A stretch of DNA of 64,000 nt from Babesia bigemina. Taxonomy: Eukaryota. The position numbers were made by a program, and so were the translations under genes. A model generated the notes under the pieces. The model was given only the letters and a program-made list of their open reading frames with translations. It had not been told where the DNA came from and made no database searches. The stretch is taken from the NCBI RefSeq assembly GCF_000981445.1, contig NC_027219.1, positions 806,001-870,000 of the forward strand, given 5' to 3'. Positions 51,684 through 62,925 of this stretch are shown one piece after another. The number at the start of each line of letters is the position of its first letter. Within the stretch, counting starts at the first letter, position 1.

Positions 51684-52538
51684 TTATGCGCGCTTCTTCT
51701 TGTCCATACGTTTGCGGTAGAAGTTCAGCTCATCTCCCTCGAGAATGTAGCCGTCGCACCTGCCGGTCTGACCGGGGCGGGAGCTGATGCATGCAATCAG
51801 ACGACCCGATGCGAACTGCTCGAGAAGCGATTTAGGCACAAGCTTGCTGGCGTCCTTGTCGGCGTCGGTTTCCTCAGCAGCCTCACCCTTTGGCTTAACG
51901 AGGTCAAAGCCGTACGTGTTTTTGAACCAGATCTTGAAAGGAGTGGCATCGATAGTGACAAGGCAGTTCTTCACGAGGGTCTTGGTACGGACCAACTCGT
52001 TGCTGCTGGAGTTGTAGACGACATCCATGATCCTGGTCTTCCTGCAGACGTCTGCACAATGATGATGCCGTGGTTCTCAAATTGTACAGCACGTAAAACA
52101 CATAGCACAGCATATTCACTGCCTAGGAACGCGCTCCGAGAGCTTCGCGCATGACGGCATACGGTCACCCGCGGCCCAAGCATCGACGCGTAACAACCAC
52201 TATTACCACCGCAAACCGGGCGTTAATGTAAGCATCAGTCGGTAATTCCAGCAAAGAAGAGTTTCAGCATAAACTCAGGCTTTGAAATATCATCATGCGC
52301 TTTGATACACCACGAAAGAAAACTCACTCTTAGAGGACCACGAGAAGTTGCCGGAGTCGAGACGCAGCGCCCTAAACTTCAAGTTTCCACCGCGGCAGCG
52401 AACCTTGCGAACCAGCTTGGTGCCAAGCTTCGTGTTGGATGCAGGCCTGGCCAACTCGTGCTTTCTCTTGTTCTTGTGCACGGGGAAGCGGCCACCGGTA
52501 AGACGGCGCTTGTGGCGACTGTCGCGAGAAATACCCAT
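51684..52538 (-). CDS. RPS8: 40S ribosomal protein S8 (eS8), 2 exons
   Basis: [16 protein letters not shown]...[19 protein letters not shown] joined to [12 protein letters not shown]...[16 protein letters not shown] across a 276-nt intron at 52327-52052. Confidence 0.97.
52232..52298 (-). ncRNA. Intronic box C/D snoRNA, predicted guide for the 18S rRNA Um578 (yeast snR77)/Um627 (human SNORD65)-equivalent site
   Basis: Minus strand reads gcATGATGAtatttcaaagcCTGAgtttATGCTGAaactcttctttGCTGGAATTACCGaCTGAtgc. It has boxes C, D', C' and D, a short terminal stem, and a 13-nt guide antisense to the conserved SSU rRNA sequence CGGUAAUUCCAGC. Confidence 0.88.
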
Positions 52539-53517
52539 GGTGTCGAAGAAGCGATGCGCTACGAAATACTAACAATTTCTCCCTTGTTTAATACGGACGG
52601 GAGTGCCGAAAGAACCTGTCGTTACAGAGCGCTGTCTTCGAAGACTGAGCGGCAGCCAACGTAACGACGGCCCGATAATGAAACAACAGTTTCACCAGCT
52701 ACCGATATGCACCAATTGGCTACACGCGCAATTTAAGTGCCAATTGTGTGTAGAAAGATATCAAAGTGAACCAGCAGAGACGAAACACGGCTCCGCTGTG
52801 ATACCTCCCCACTCGACTCCCCACCACCGTCAACCAAGGCGGTCCAGCTTCCCCTAGTTACCACTCTCTCTAATACGTCAACAACTTCGTATTACAGTCA
52901 TATGGCTGCCAGTTATGCGGAAGGTTGCCAGAATAGTTGCCCTCATGGTTACAGCTTGCGACATCTCCATTGAGATGCCGTTTGCGTTTTTTCAATCCCG
53001 CCTCCATATTTGAAGTACGCAATCATATGTGTGTGGATTAAGTGATTTCGTGTGGGCTGCAATAACGCGGGTGTGCCTCGCCGATGAGCGAGTATTGGTT
53101 GGCCTCAGTGTTGAGAGCATCACTGATGACACATTCACCGTTGTTTCGATCTGCGTACTTCGTTCGCGTCATTACAACAATGGCATCATAGTGGAGATTT
53201 GATATCAATCGTATTGCTATTACATTGCAATATTAAGTAATGCCCGCACGTTGCGGCGCGTCGCTAATTGATTCCAGTCAAAGCGTCCATTAGCGCCGAC
53301 TTTAGCAACGTTTTCTAGTCACCTATTTACTTATTTTATAGCAATATGAATCGCTATTCTGCAGGGGTTACGCTTATGTGTAAGGTTTCGGGTAGTGCTA
53401 GACCCTTACACCTGTGAGTAGACATTGTTTCCACACATCTCTAGTTAGTGTAACTACTGATACACACCATCGCTATTTGCTAAGCTCGAAACCAATTGGT
53501 GGCGCCGAGAAGGCATC

Positions 53518-54791
53518 ATGAGCCGACAGCAGGAGGCTACTCCCGGTGACCAAGCGGTTTCCGCCTCTGTGCGTGAGGAGTCGACTAACGTGGCGAAAGA
53601 GAGTTTTGTGGCTAAGGATGTACATCAGGATGACTCAAAGGTGCTTTATAGCTGCATCGATGCGGAAGATGAGCCTTACAAGTACGCTCTCATGTGCGCG
53701 CCCACTTATGCTTGAGCAGAAGGAGCTACGAGGATGTGATACACTGCGAAATCGAACTCCCCGGCAAACGTAAGGTGGTAAGAGTGCATAACATGCCTTC
53801 ATGAGTCATGCTGGAGCAGATTGATGCCGCAGAGGCCAAACCGGCGAAGACAGAAGAGGGGCAGGTTACCCCCAACGAGGATCGCATATCGCGACCATCG
53901 GGCGGTAGTGGCGAGACAGATGAGACGAAGTCAAATGTACTGGAGAAGGCAAAAGGTGATGACCCAGCTGCGGAAAACACGACAACAAAGCCAAAGGATA
54001 ACCAGGCAGCGTACGTAGCTTTATTCATCATAGCACCTACATGCAATTTAGGCCTATCCAACCCCCCGTGACCGCATTCGGATTCAACAAGGACTATGTG
54101 TCCCCTTTCAGCAAGCTTGTATGTTGGCGCAGTAGGCGACAAACTGAATGCCGTGCAGCTTGAGTCCAGAACCACGAACAGCTTCTTGGAGGCCAAAGTT
54201 GGAGAAGACAACCCAACAACAGAAGACGTCGGCGACGACTCGGATCAGCTTGAACCAGCTGAGGCAGCTCCAAAAACGTGGGATTTGCAGGCGGCACTAG
54301 GGGACGGCGAGTCGCTCTTGTACGAAAGCGTATGTTTGGGGGCAGCAAAGGGTAAATGCTTGCAGAAGGCGTGCAGCCTGTCAAGATACAATGACACAGA
54401 ATGGAGCACTCCGATGCCGGTTGTCCTTCAAATAATCGCTAAAGAGGTAGGCACCTAGCACCATTCCGATTGCACGTCATTGCTACAACGGCGGCGAAAT
54501 TGGTCGCACCTTTATTTTATACATACCTTTTAAAACAATGCAGGAGTCGGATGAGAAGCGTATAGTTTGCTACCAGGCCGGAACAGGAAGAATACAGTTG
54601 AATACTACGGTATTACCAACGATGTCAGTAAACAAGCTCAAAACGAAGTCAATCATCTTCGTCGGCCAATTGATCGGTAGGGACGCGCATATAAATTGCA
54701 TAGCAGCTCAGGTGATGAATCCAAGCTTGCGCCTCACCGGCTCATCTTCCAAGACCAACTACAGAGAGATGATTGTCACGAGCTATTTTAA
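53518..54791 (+). CDS. Multi-exon RanBP1/RanBD-like domain protein (Nup2/Nup50/Yrb2-like)
   Basis: Acidic N-terminus, a TAFGF segment, and C-terminal GDGESLLYE...RIVCYQAGTGRIQLNT...SIIFVG...HRLIFQDQLQRDDCHELF*, resembling the Ran-binding PH fold. Several short introns; the last is 54677-54711. Confidence 0.55.
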
Positions 54792-55303
54792 TCTTTAGAC
54801 AAAGTACTAGTCACTTCAGAGAGCAGCTTCTGCCGTTGCTTGCGTTCCACATCCGCCACCTCGTTTGTCGTACGCTCGGCGCGCAAACGGCCGCCGGCCA
54901 GATGCGGTACCTGACGTTCGAGAAGCACGCACTCCATGGCCTGCAAACACGCATTTGCGGCAAACTGAGATCCACTTACTCGACCGATCATAATGAACTG
55001 CTCACATGTGATGCTAGGGTAGAAAAGACGTGCGTCCAGGCCGCCTCGAGGGTTGCCGCGGATGTTCTTAGGGCCTCCGACCATCAGTGCGTGGCTGCGA
55101 AGCCCGCAGCGCACATCGACGCCGCGCAAATAAAATTCGTTCATAAACTCGGCGCTCTGCTTCGCGGTGCTGTCCGAGTCGCCGTAAAAGAGCCGGGCAA
55201 GCTCAGATAGAGCTCGGCGCAGTGGAAGGCGACCCTTACCGGCAGCGGCGGACCGGAACGCTCCCACCAACGCACCTTCGGCGCAGCGCTTCAGCACGGG
55301 CAT
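54788..55303 (-). CDS. Hypothetical protein (possible mitochondrial presequence) with a 39-nt intron
   Basis: ORF starts MPVLKRCAEGALVGAFRSAAAGKGRLPLRRALSEL. A canonical GTAAGT...TTGCAG segment at 54979-54941 supports minus-strand transcription. Confidence 0.5.
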   Translation of the reverse strand: MPVLKRCAEGALVGAFRSAAAGKGRLPLRRALSELARLFYGDSDSTAKQSAEFMNEFYLRGVDVRCGLRSHALMVGGPKNIRGNPRGGLDARLFYPSITCEQFIMIGRVSGSQFAANACLQAMECVLLERQVPHLAGGRLRAERTTNEVADVERKQRQKLLSEVTSTLSKD

Positions 55304-55620
55304 CAAAGCTACATTTAGAACAAGAAAATCAAACGTAATGCACGACTGTGTTCGAAGCCTCCGCAGTGTGTATGCTGATTGCCCGCTACACATACAACAT
55401 GCCAACATGATAGACACGCCGCGTAACGACTCTAAATTTAAACACGGCAACAGCCAGTGTGTGTCTCGTGGTACTCGGCGTTTAATACCGTCTCGCTTTG
55501 CACAGACACGCCTGCAGTCACCTTGGCGACGCTCGGCGATAGCGCAGCGGCCAAAACTCGGCCGTTACGTCGAAAATACAACACTGCCGTTGCACCCGAA
55601 CAACGCGCACGTGGTCACGC

Positions 55621-56565
55621 TTAGTCTGAATCTTCAGAGGGGTCCTCTTCGTCCAGATTCTCGCAGCACTGCACAGTGTTATCAGCAGATGCCAATAACC
55701 AACCTCGGTGGTGATGGCATCGCGCTTTAGCAAGGCAGCTCGCAAGCTGTGGACGCTTATGTTATCACCTGTCATATATTAAGCAGCCGTTGCCTAACTG
55801 CACCTTTAAATTCCTCGAAACCGATGAACACATGCTTTATGTTGCCGTCCAACACGCTGATCAGCGTGGGCAGAATTTGCATCTCCAGCTTTTTAGCGAA
55901 AAACGGCGAGTCCGCGGCGGGCATCCTAAGTGAAGATGAAAAGCGGTGCGCCAGTGGTCATAGGATGGAGCCACGCTCACCTGATGAACTTCACTTCCAG
56001 ATGCTTGGCGGCCAGAGTGGTCAGATGGCGGTCCAGAATCTTGCACCTCGTAAACTCCTCGTTATAGAAGTGGCATATCTACGCGACGCTATGGTTGCTG
56101 GAACCGCGCAAAACAAACCACACGCTTGTGAGAGTTGCACGTGTTTATCACTTGCTTTTCGTCAGCCATCGTCTCGACGGACCCGTGGCCCTGCTCCAGA
56201 TAGTCACGGGATTTGTTTCGCATGCGCTGCAAAACTAATGAGACAACAGCATTAACCAAAACCAACCTTGATGGCCGCAAGGCGTTCGCGGCGCCAGTAC
56301 TCGAGGTCGTCACGGGGCACATGAACTGCAACGGAGTTAAGACGTAACGCGAATCCACTAACCTGGCTGAGGAGCAGATTCCTCGACTTCAGAAGTTGCT
56401 GTCTGTGTCAGTTCTTGCAAGCACTTCTTCTGCGCAGCCTCCTGACGAAGTGTAAGACCCATCATTTCATTCAGATAGTTAGAACAGAGGCGGCAATGTG
56501 CAAGCTCGACATACCATAAGGTAGGAGGTGTTGGCGAAAGACAACACATCCTTAGAAATCGTCAT
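55621..56565 (-). CDS. Phosducin-like protein 3 (TXNDC9/Plp1-type thioredoxin-fold CCT cofactor), 8 exons
   Basis: Hand-spliced product reads MTISKDVL...DDLEYWRRERLAAIKRM...YLEQGHGSVETMADEKQV...RVICHFYNEEFTRCKILDRHLTTLAAKHLEVKFIR...LEMQILPTL...GFEEFKGD...DEEDPSEDSD*. All junctions are GT-AG. Confidence 0.88.
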
Positions 56566-57332
56566 CGTTATAGTCGTATCAGGAAGATTCTATCAAGTGA
56601 AGGAAGGTTTGTGTTACAACGGAAGCTCAGCAGTGGCTGCGGCGCGACAACATGAAGCAAAATTTCGGCGATAAGAGTCAATAAGATACAAGACGCGCAT
56701 TAAACTCGTGCACGCTCTGCCAAACACGACGATGTGATGTCTACAGGGTACGGACGCACGCGGCGTAGACTTAGGTGCACACTGCCGTCTCAATAACGAC
56801 GCGTCTGCATGTGAATCCCGTATATAACCGGTATCAGAACCTTAAATAACTTCTGAAATACTATTACTAGCGACTAAGTCGCATAAATACGCATCCAAGT
56901 CGTTAGGCGGAAAGTGTAATCCTGGAAGGTCCGACGGTGTTAGATCATGTTCTTTACGCGTGTGAACACGAAAAAAAAGACGCTTTCGACTCGTATAATA
57001 TTTCTGCTGCACTTTTGTCACGGTAAACCGGAGATAATGAGAATGGTGCGGATTCTGGTCGTCTCGCGCAACGAAGCAGCGTAGAAGACGGCGACGAAAA
57101 GTGGCACCCAGTGTGCAGCCACAATACGGCTATGCATCCGACAACTATCACGTAGGACACCCAAAGGTACTAGCAGCGTCTGATTTGCGATAGGCCGGGT
57201 GGGATATAAGTCTGTACGGCGGCTACAGAGGGTAGATGCACTCCACCACATAAGCGCCAATATAAGTAACACCTTAACATAATACAGCCTTCCTCTCGGA
57301 AAGCGTATCTCCAACAACATAATTTGCACATA

Positions 57333-59522
57333 ATGGACGTACCGGAAGATAGCGGCAACCTGCTGATTGCCGAGGCGCAGCAAATGGCGGACGAAAAGCG
57401 GCTGGAAGGCAACCGCCATTTCGCAGACGCTGATTACTCAGGCGCCATAGAGTTCTACACACATGCCATTCATTTATTGAGATGCGCGGTGGAAGCCGAC
57501 TCCGACGCTGAGAATGGCGCCGACGAGGGCAGCTACGCGTCGTTGTATGCGCAAACAAACATCCACCAGCTGTACACAAACAGGGCACTTTGCCACGTCA
57601 GGATGGAAAATTATGGTAAAGTGCCTACCGAAGCTATACACAGCGCTTAGGGCTCGCCGTGCTGGATGCGGACATAGCCATTCAGATGCAGCCTGGCTAC
57701 TCCAAAGCGTACTACCGACGTGGCTGTGCCTACCTCTGCCTCATGAAGTTCAAGGAAGCGGAAAAAGGTGAGCAGAGTTTACCATAAGCGCATGTACACA
57801 ACCTTTGTGATACCTAAATCACACGTCATTAGCGGCAGCATTACACGGCTGCCTTCACCCACGGAACCCCCGTGCCGACAGTAATGCGCCGTTCTCACCG
57901 TTATGCAGACTTCGCCAAGGTCCTGTCTATACAGAATGATGCGCTCACTCGCACCAAGCTCATGCAATGCCGTGCGATGCTAAGGGAGAAGCAATTCCAG
58001 GAGGCCATCATGATCGGTGAGTTAGCCGCAAAACAACCGCACCTCGGCACTTGATTACATGTACAAATATAGCCATATTTGTGACTCACATAGCATTTGT
58101 AATGCCGATGAACCACGTTCACAATTCGGAAGCACATGACAACGCAGAGTCGCCACCACCCCTGCACATGACGATCGACGTTGATGCCATCCGAGTTGAC
58201 GATTCCTACACCGGGCCGAGTAAGCGAACGCGGCGGATAACGCAAGTTCGTTGCAGGGTACACGCCTGAAATAACCGAAAAAGCGGCGTTTTACAATGAG
58301 GTCCTCGATTATATCAAGGTAAGACCCGAGAGTAAAAGCAGATGCGGACACCCACTGTGGACACTGTTCCGGTCACGAGCACGACAAGGGGAAATACACA
58401 GTATTGGCAATGCCATCTCTGGTTGGAACACGGTGTTAATTTCCCCAAAGCTGTTCGGCGACGCCGTGTAGTAGGCATCATCGTGCACAGTGGCGCCACA
58501 TCGCATCTCCATAAATTGTTCTGCACCCTGTTGACACAACTCGCAGGTCCCTGGAAACATTCTGCATCGTAAGTACATGATGATGCTAATTCTTGACGTT
58601 ATACGGATACTCAAGAAGGTAGGGATCCAATAAGCCGCTGGCAACAACTTGCAGTACGACTCCGTGGTCGACCTGTCGCTGAGCGCCGACGAAGAGATCA
58701 CTATTTGCGGTGACATTCACGGCCAATTCTACGATCTGCTCAATATATTCAAGATCAACGGGCTCCCCAGCGAAACCAACGGCTACCTCTTCAACGGAGA
58801 TTTTGTGGACAGGGGGTCCTTCTCGGTCGAGTGCGCCATTGCCCTTTTCCTGGCGAAGGTCTTGTACCCCACCAAATTCTACATAACTAGGGGCAACCAC
58901 GAGACAGAGGCGCTCAACAAGTGCTACGGCTTCAAAGGCGAAGTTTTGAGCAAGTATGACGAAAAGGTGTACAATCTATTCTGTGAGTGCTTCTGCTATC
59001 TGCCACTCGGCTACGTCATCAACAAAAAGGTGATGATAGTGCACGGCGGGCTCTTTGGCGAAGACGGCGTCACGCTTGATCAGCTGAAGAACGTGGACCG
59101 CGTGCGCGAACCACCGGACCAGGGGCACATGACCGATATGCTATGGTCTGACCCGAAACCAACGACAGGCAGGTCACCGTCTAAGCGCGGCGTAGCGTGC
59201 GAGTTCGGACCAGATGTCACCGCCAACTTCCTCAAAGCAAACGGCCTAGAGCTATTGATCAGGTCGCACGAGGTTAAACAAGAGGGATACGAGACCGAAC
59301 ACAACGGACAGGTGATAACCATCTTCAGCGCCCCCAACTACTGCGATCAGATGGGAAACAAGGGCGCCTTCATTAGGTAGGTGCAAATTTATCATTACAA
59401 CACGACCGCTCAGGATGAACGGCAAAGACTGCAAGCCCGTATTCACGCAGTTCGACGCAGTTGAACACCCCCCGGTAAAGGCGATGCAATACGCCAATCC
59501 GCTGTTCAACGGCATTTACTGA
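57333..59522 (+). CDS. PP5: Serine/threonine protein phosphatase 5 (TPR plus PPP catalytic domain), multi-exon
   Basis: N-terminal TPRs ([34 protein letters not shown]); catalytic GDIHGQ, GDFVDRG, RGNHE, HGG, RSHE and SAPNYC; C-terminal [11 protein letters not shown]. Confidence 0.95.
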
Positions 59523-60256
59523 CCGAACATCGCACTAATATAGTCACTACGGTAGAAAACGGCCACTGACGAGTGGCGTCAAAGGCAAACAAAATTGCAC
59601 CTGTGCACAAAGCTAGACCTGTCTTTGCGCCCACATGACGACGCACAAACGACACACAGTATGTGTCCATTGAGTCGGAACGGTGAGCCTATGAATGGTA
59701 ACGCGGAAGGTGGTGTGCAAGGATCAGCAGCAGTGGTGCAGCCGCTAAAATAATACAGCCTATTGATGTGCATTCGCTTTTTAGTAGCAAAATTGCGTGG
59801 GTGCGATTTTTCCGCAAACCATCGGCACCCTGAGCCTTCCCGCGCAGCGCGTCATCAGGATCAGTCACCCCCATACAGCAGTAAAAGGGGCAGACTGGCG
59901 AACCGGTCACTCCGATTGTGCACGGCGTCAAACGCTGGCATAAATATTTTTAGCCGCGTTATAAGATCGATTATAACGACGTTCGGTGCAGAGAGCTGTA
60001 CCTAGAACTACCGGCACAGAGCCGAAACCATTTACACGTCGAGCGCAAAAACATCGCGACGACCCGGCGGCACTGAGGTACTAGGTTTACAGCAAATTAA
60101 CTTGTTGGAACGTGCATATATTGGCGAACTCGTCTGCCGGGGGCGCACGAATAACGCACGTTAGCATCGACGCGCAAAACGCGCGGCCCTGGATATAGTG
60201 CAAATCCCGCTGCCGTGTTTAGCAGCATAGTTGCGCTGGCGCACTACTCATTATTT

Positions 60257-62542
60257 ATGTCGCAGCACAGGAGACACGACCATTCGAGGCCAGCTGCCTC
60301 GGAGACCTCGAAATCTAGAAACCATGGCAAGCCATGGGTGCGGCGCCATAAACATCAGAAAACATCGAACGAAACGCCGAATGTGCCCGATGCCGCGGAC
60401 GTCTGGCAACCTGCACCGAAGGCAGGGCAGCCGTTCGCGAAGGCCATGTGTCCGCCATTCGGGATGATGCCGCCCATCATGCCCAAACAGGGCGTGGGCA
60501 TGCCCCGGGGCGCACCGGTCATGTTCCCGTTCATGGACCCTGCGATGTATCAGAATATGATGAAGAGCATGGCAGCCAAGGCTGCAGGGAAAACAGGTGA
60601 GGAATTAGACATGAAAGCCCTCATGGCCACTTTGCCACCGGCGGCCAAAATGCCTTTCCCTTTGCCCAAAAACATGCCCGTCATGGGTATGCCACCACCT
60701 GGCATGATATTCCCTGGCCCATTCATGGGAATGCCAAAAAAGGCGCCCTTCCCTGGTGTCATGCCTTTCGTGCCGGACCCGGCCTTCAGCCCGAAGGCAG
60801 CTGGACCCTCGCCAGTTAGAGCCCAGCAAACAGAACCCACATCCGGCCACACCCAGGCGGACAATGGCAGGCACCACCACTCCGCTTCTTCCAAATACCT
60901 CAGCCTATCGCAAGTTTCGCGTGGTGGCAGGTCGAAGCGGTCCCGGGCTCACCTGGACGAGGGGTCCGAAAATATAAGCGTCATTTCGGATGAGGACTAT
61001 AGAAACAGCCATGATGGGGCCAAAGACGCCTTGCGTGGCGCTACAGCCTCGGGCAATGCGTCCCCAAATATCGCATTCGTGAACTCATTCGTCCCCTCGC
61101 CTCCGGAGAGGTATCGCAGGGACTACCAGTTGCATGAGGTCAAGATGTTTTCGGCGCTCGGCATCAGAGCGCAGGCTAAGGCAAAGAAGCTATCGCCAGA
61201 AGTGAGGGCGAGCTTCGAGTCGGGACCCGTCAAGAATGGGAAGCTTGTGTTGTTGCTGGACCTGGATAACACGCTGCTACACGCATGCTCACAGTCTAAG
61301 CTGGGCATGTTGGATATTCAACTCTCGCATTTCGTGGATGAGCTAGGTGAACCTGAGCTTTACAAGTTCACCATGCCGAATTTCGCAAACGTCAGATACT
61401 ACATGAAGCTGCGACCCGCGCTCAGAGGATTTCTGCAAGTATTATCGCTCTACTATGAGATGTCAATTTACACAAACGCTACGAAGGAATATGCCGATGT
61501 CGTAGTGGCCATTCTCGACCCTGACAGGTCGCTTTTCATGGATCGCATTGTAGCAAGGACAAGTGTAGGAGAAAGAGACCTACAGAAAACTGCAGCGCGG
61601 CTATATCCGGATTTAGATACGAGATTTGTTGTCGCGTTCGACGACCGAACCGACGTTTGGGCAGATGTGCCCTACAACCAAGTCGTGAAGGCGGAGCACT
61701 ACGATTTCTTCGACTCACACATCGCAGAACTAAGCGACTCGTACGGAATTGTGAGCCCAAACTCGGAAGGCTCTTACTACTCGGATAGCGACAGGCACCT
61801 GGAGTACATGGTTAAGGTGTTCCTCGAGCTACACCGAAGATTTTTCAACGACCCCTTCGAAGCAAGCGTTGGGGATATTCTAGAGGACATGCAAAGATCA
61901 GTCCTCGAAGGAGTGGGTATCATGCTTACTGGATACAGGAAGAACTCAAAGGGGCAAGGACAGGTACTGCAAGCGGACTGTGAGCAGAAGCAAAGGGAAA
62001 TTGCGACGCAGCTGGGAGCAAAGATCTGCACCAGGCTGTCGGATAAGAAACTTACACACGTTGTGGCGGGGAAAAACTGCACCGACAACATCGTCAAAAG
62101 CAAGGAACCCTGCTATTCTCATGTGCACAAGGTCCATACCCTCTGGCTCTACAGCTGCAGGGCAACCTGGACCAACGTGCCACCAGAAAAATTCAACGTG
62201 GACGATATATGCGAAGCCTATTCCAACGAACCGCCCTCGCAGCCTTGTAAAGATCACTGGAAGATCCTGCTAAGCGATGACGATGACTCCGACAAACGGG
62301 CCACATCGGACAACGCAACAGAAGACCAGCTTCCAACAAGAATATTTATGGGCACAGGATCGTATAGCCATGGAACCGAACTCATATCACCAACGGAACG
62401 CGTGGTTATCCGATGGGACTCGGCGAAAACGAAACTGCTGCAGAACAACACCACCGACCCCATTGAGCAGAAGAGTGTCAAGCAAATCATACTAGAAAAC
62501 GCGCCGTATACGAACAGTGTGAATCCTGAGCGATACGTGTAG
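60257..62542 (+). CDS. FCP1: RNA polymerase II CTD phosphatase FCP1 (HAD DxDxT plus BRCT)
   Basis: KLVLLLDLDNTLLHA, MKLRP, ILDPDRSLF, FDDRTDVW, and a C-terminal BRCT (LTHVVAGK...VHTLWLYSC). Confidence 0.9.
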   Translation: MSQHRRHDHSRPAASETSKSRNHGKPWVRRHKHQKTSNETPNVPDAADVWQPAPKAGQPFAKAMCPPFGMMPPIMPKQGVGMPRGAPVMFPFMDPAMYQNMMKSMAAKAAGKTGEELDMKALMATLPPAAKMPFPLPKNMPVMGMPPPGMIFPGPFMGMPKKAPFPGVMPFVPDPAFSPKAAGPSPVRAQQTEPTSGHTQADNGRHHHSASSKYLSLSQVSRGGRSKRSRAHLDEGSENISVISDEDYRNSHDGAKDALRGATASGNASPNIAFVNSFVPSPPERYRRDYQLHEVKMFSALGIRAQAKAKKLSPEVRASFESGPVKNGKLVLLLDLDNTLLHACSQSKLGMLDIQLSHFVDELGEPELYKFTMPNFANVRYYMKLRPALRGFLQVLSLYYEMSIYTNATKEYADVVVAILDPDRSLFMDRIVARTSVGERDLQKTAARLYPDLDTRFVVAFDDRTDVWADVPYNQVVKAEHYDFFDSHIAELSDSYGIVSPNSEGSYYSDSDRHLEYMVKVFLELHRRFFNDPFEASVGDILEDMQRSVLEGVGIMLTGYRKNSKGQGQVLQADCEQKQREIATQLGAKICTRLSDKKLTHVVAGKNCTDNIVKSKEPCYSHVHKVHTLWLYSCRATWTNVPPEKFNVDDICEAYSNEPPSQPCKDHWKILLSDDDDSDKRATSDNATEDQLPTRIFMGTGSYSHGTELISPTERVVIRWDSAKTKLLQNNTTDPIEQKSVKQIILENAPYTNSVNPERYV

Positions 62543-62925
62543 CGTGTGTGAACCTATTAACGTTCAGATTAATTTGTCAACCGTGAAATTACATTACGTG
62601 GCGTGCTGTGGCACACCAAGTGCAGTGCAACGTAGCTGGGGCCTGCAGTGACACATACTATATACTGTAACTCACAAATAAGGCATTGTCCACCGACCTG
62701 GTGGCCATTCCAAGCGCAAGCGGTGGCAAGGTGAGTCAAATCGCGCTGTTAAGATACCCCGAGCATCGGTTGGCAAGCCGCCTGCATCCGTGCATCACCA
62801 CAGACGGCGACCTCAGTGTAAATATATAACGAGTGCTGATAATTGTACACTAAACATTAACTACAAAGTCCAATTGGCACACACGATTGTCGGAGCACAC
62901 TGATTGCGAGCAGCTAGCAGACGCC

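Noticed and set aside
59579..60005. Short ORFs between PP5 and FCP1
   Set aside because: No recognisable motif or consistent splice model; a small gene cannot be excluded but is unsupported.
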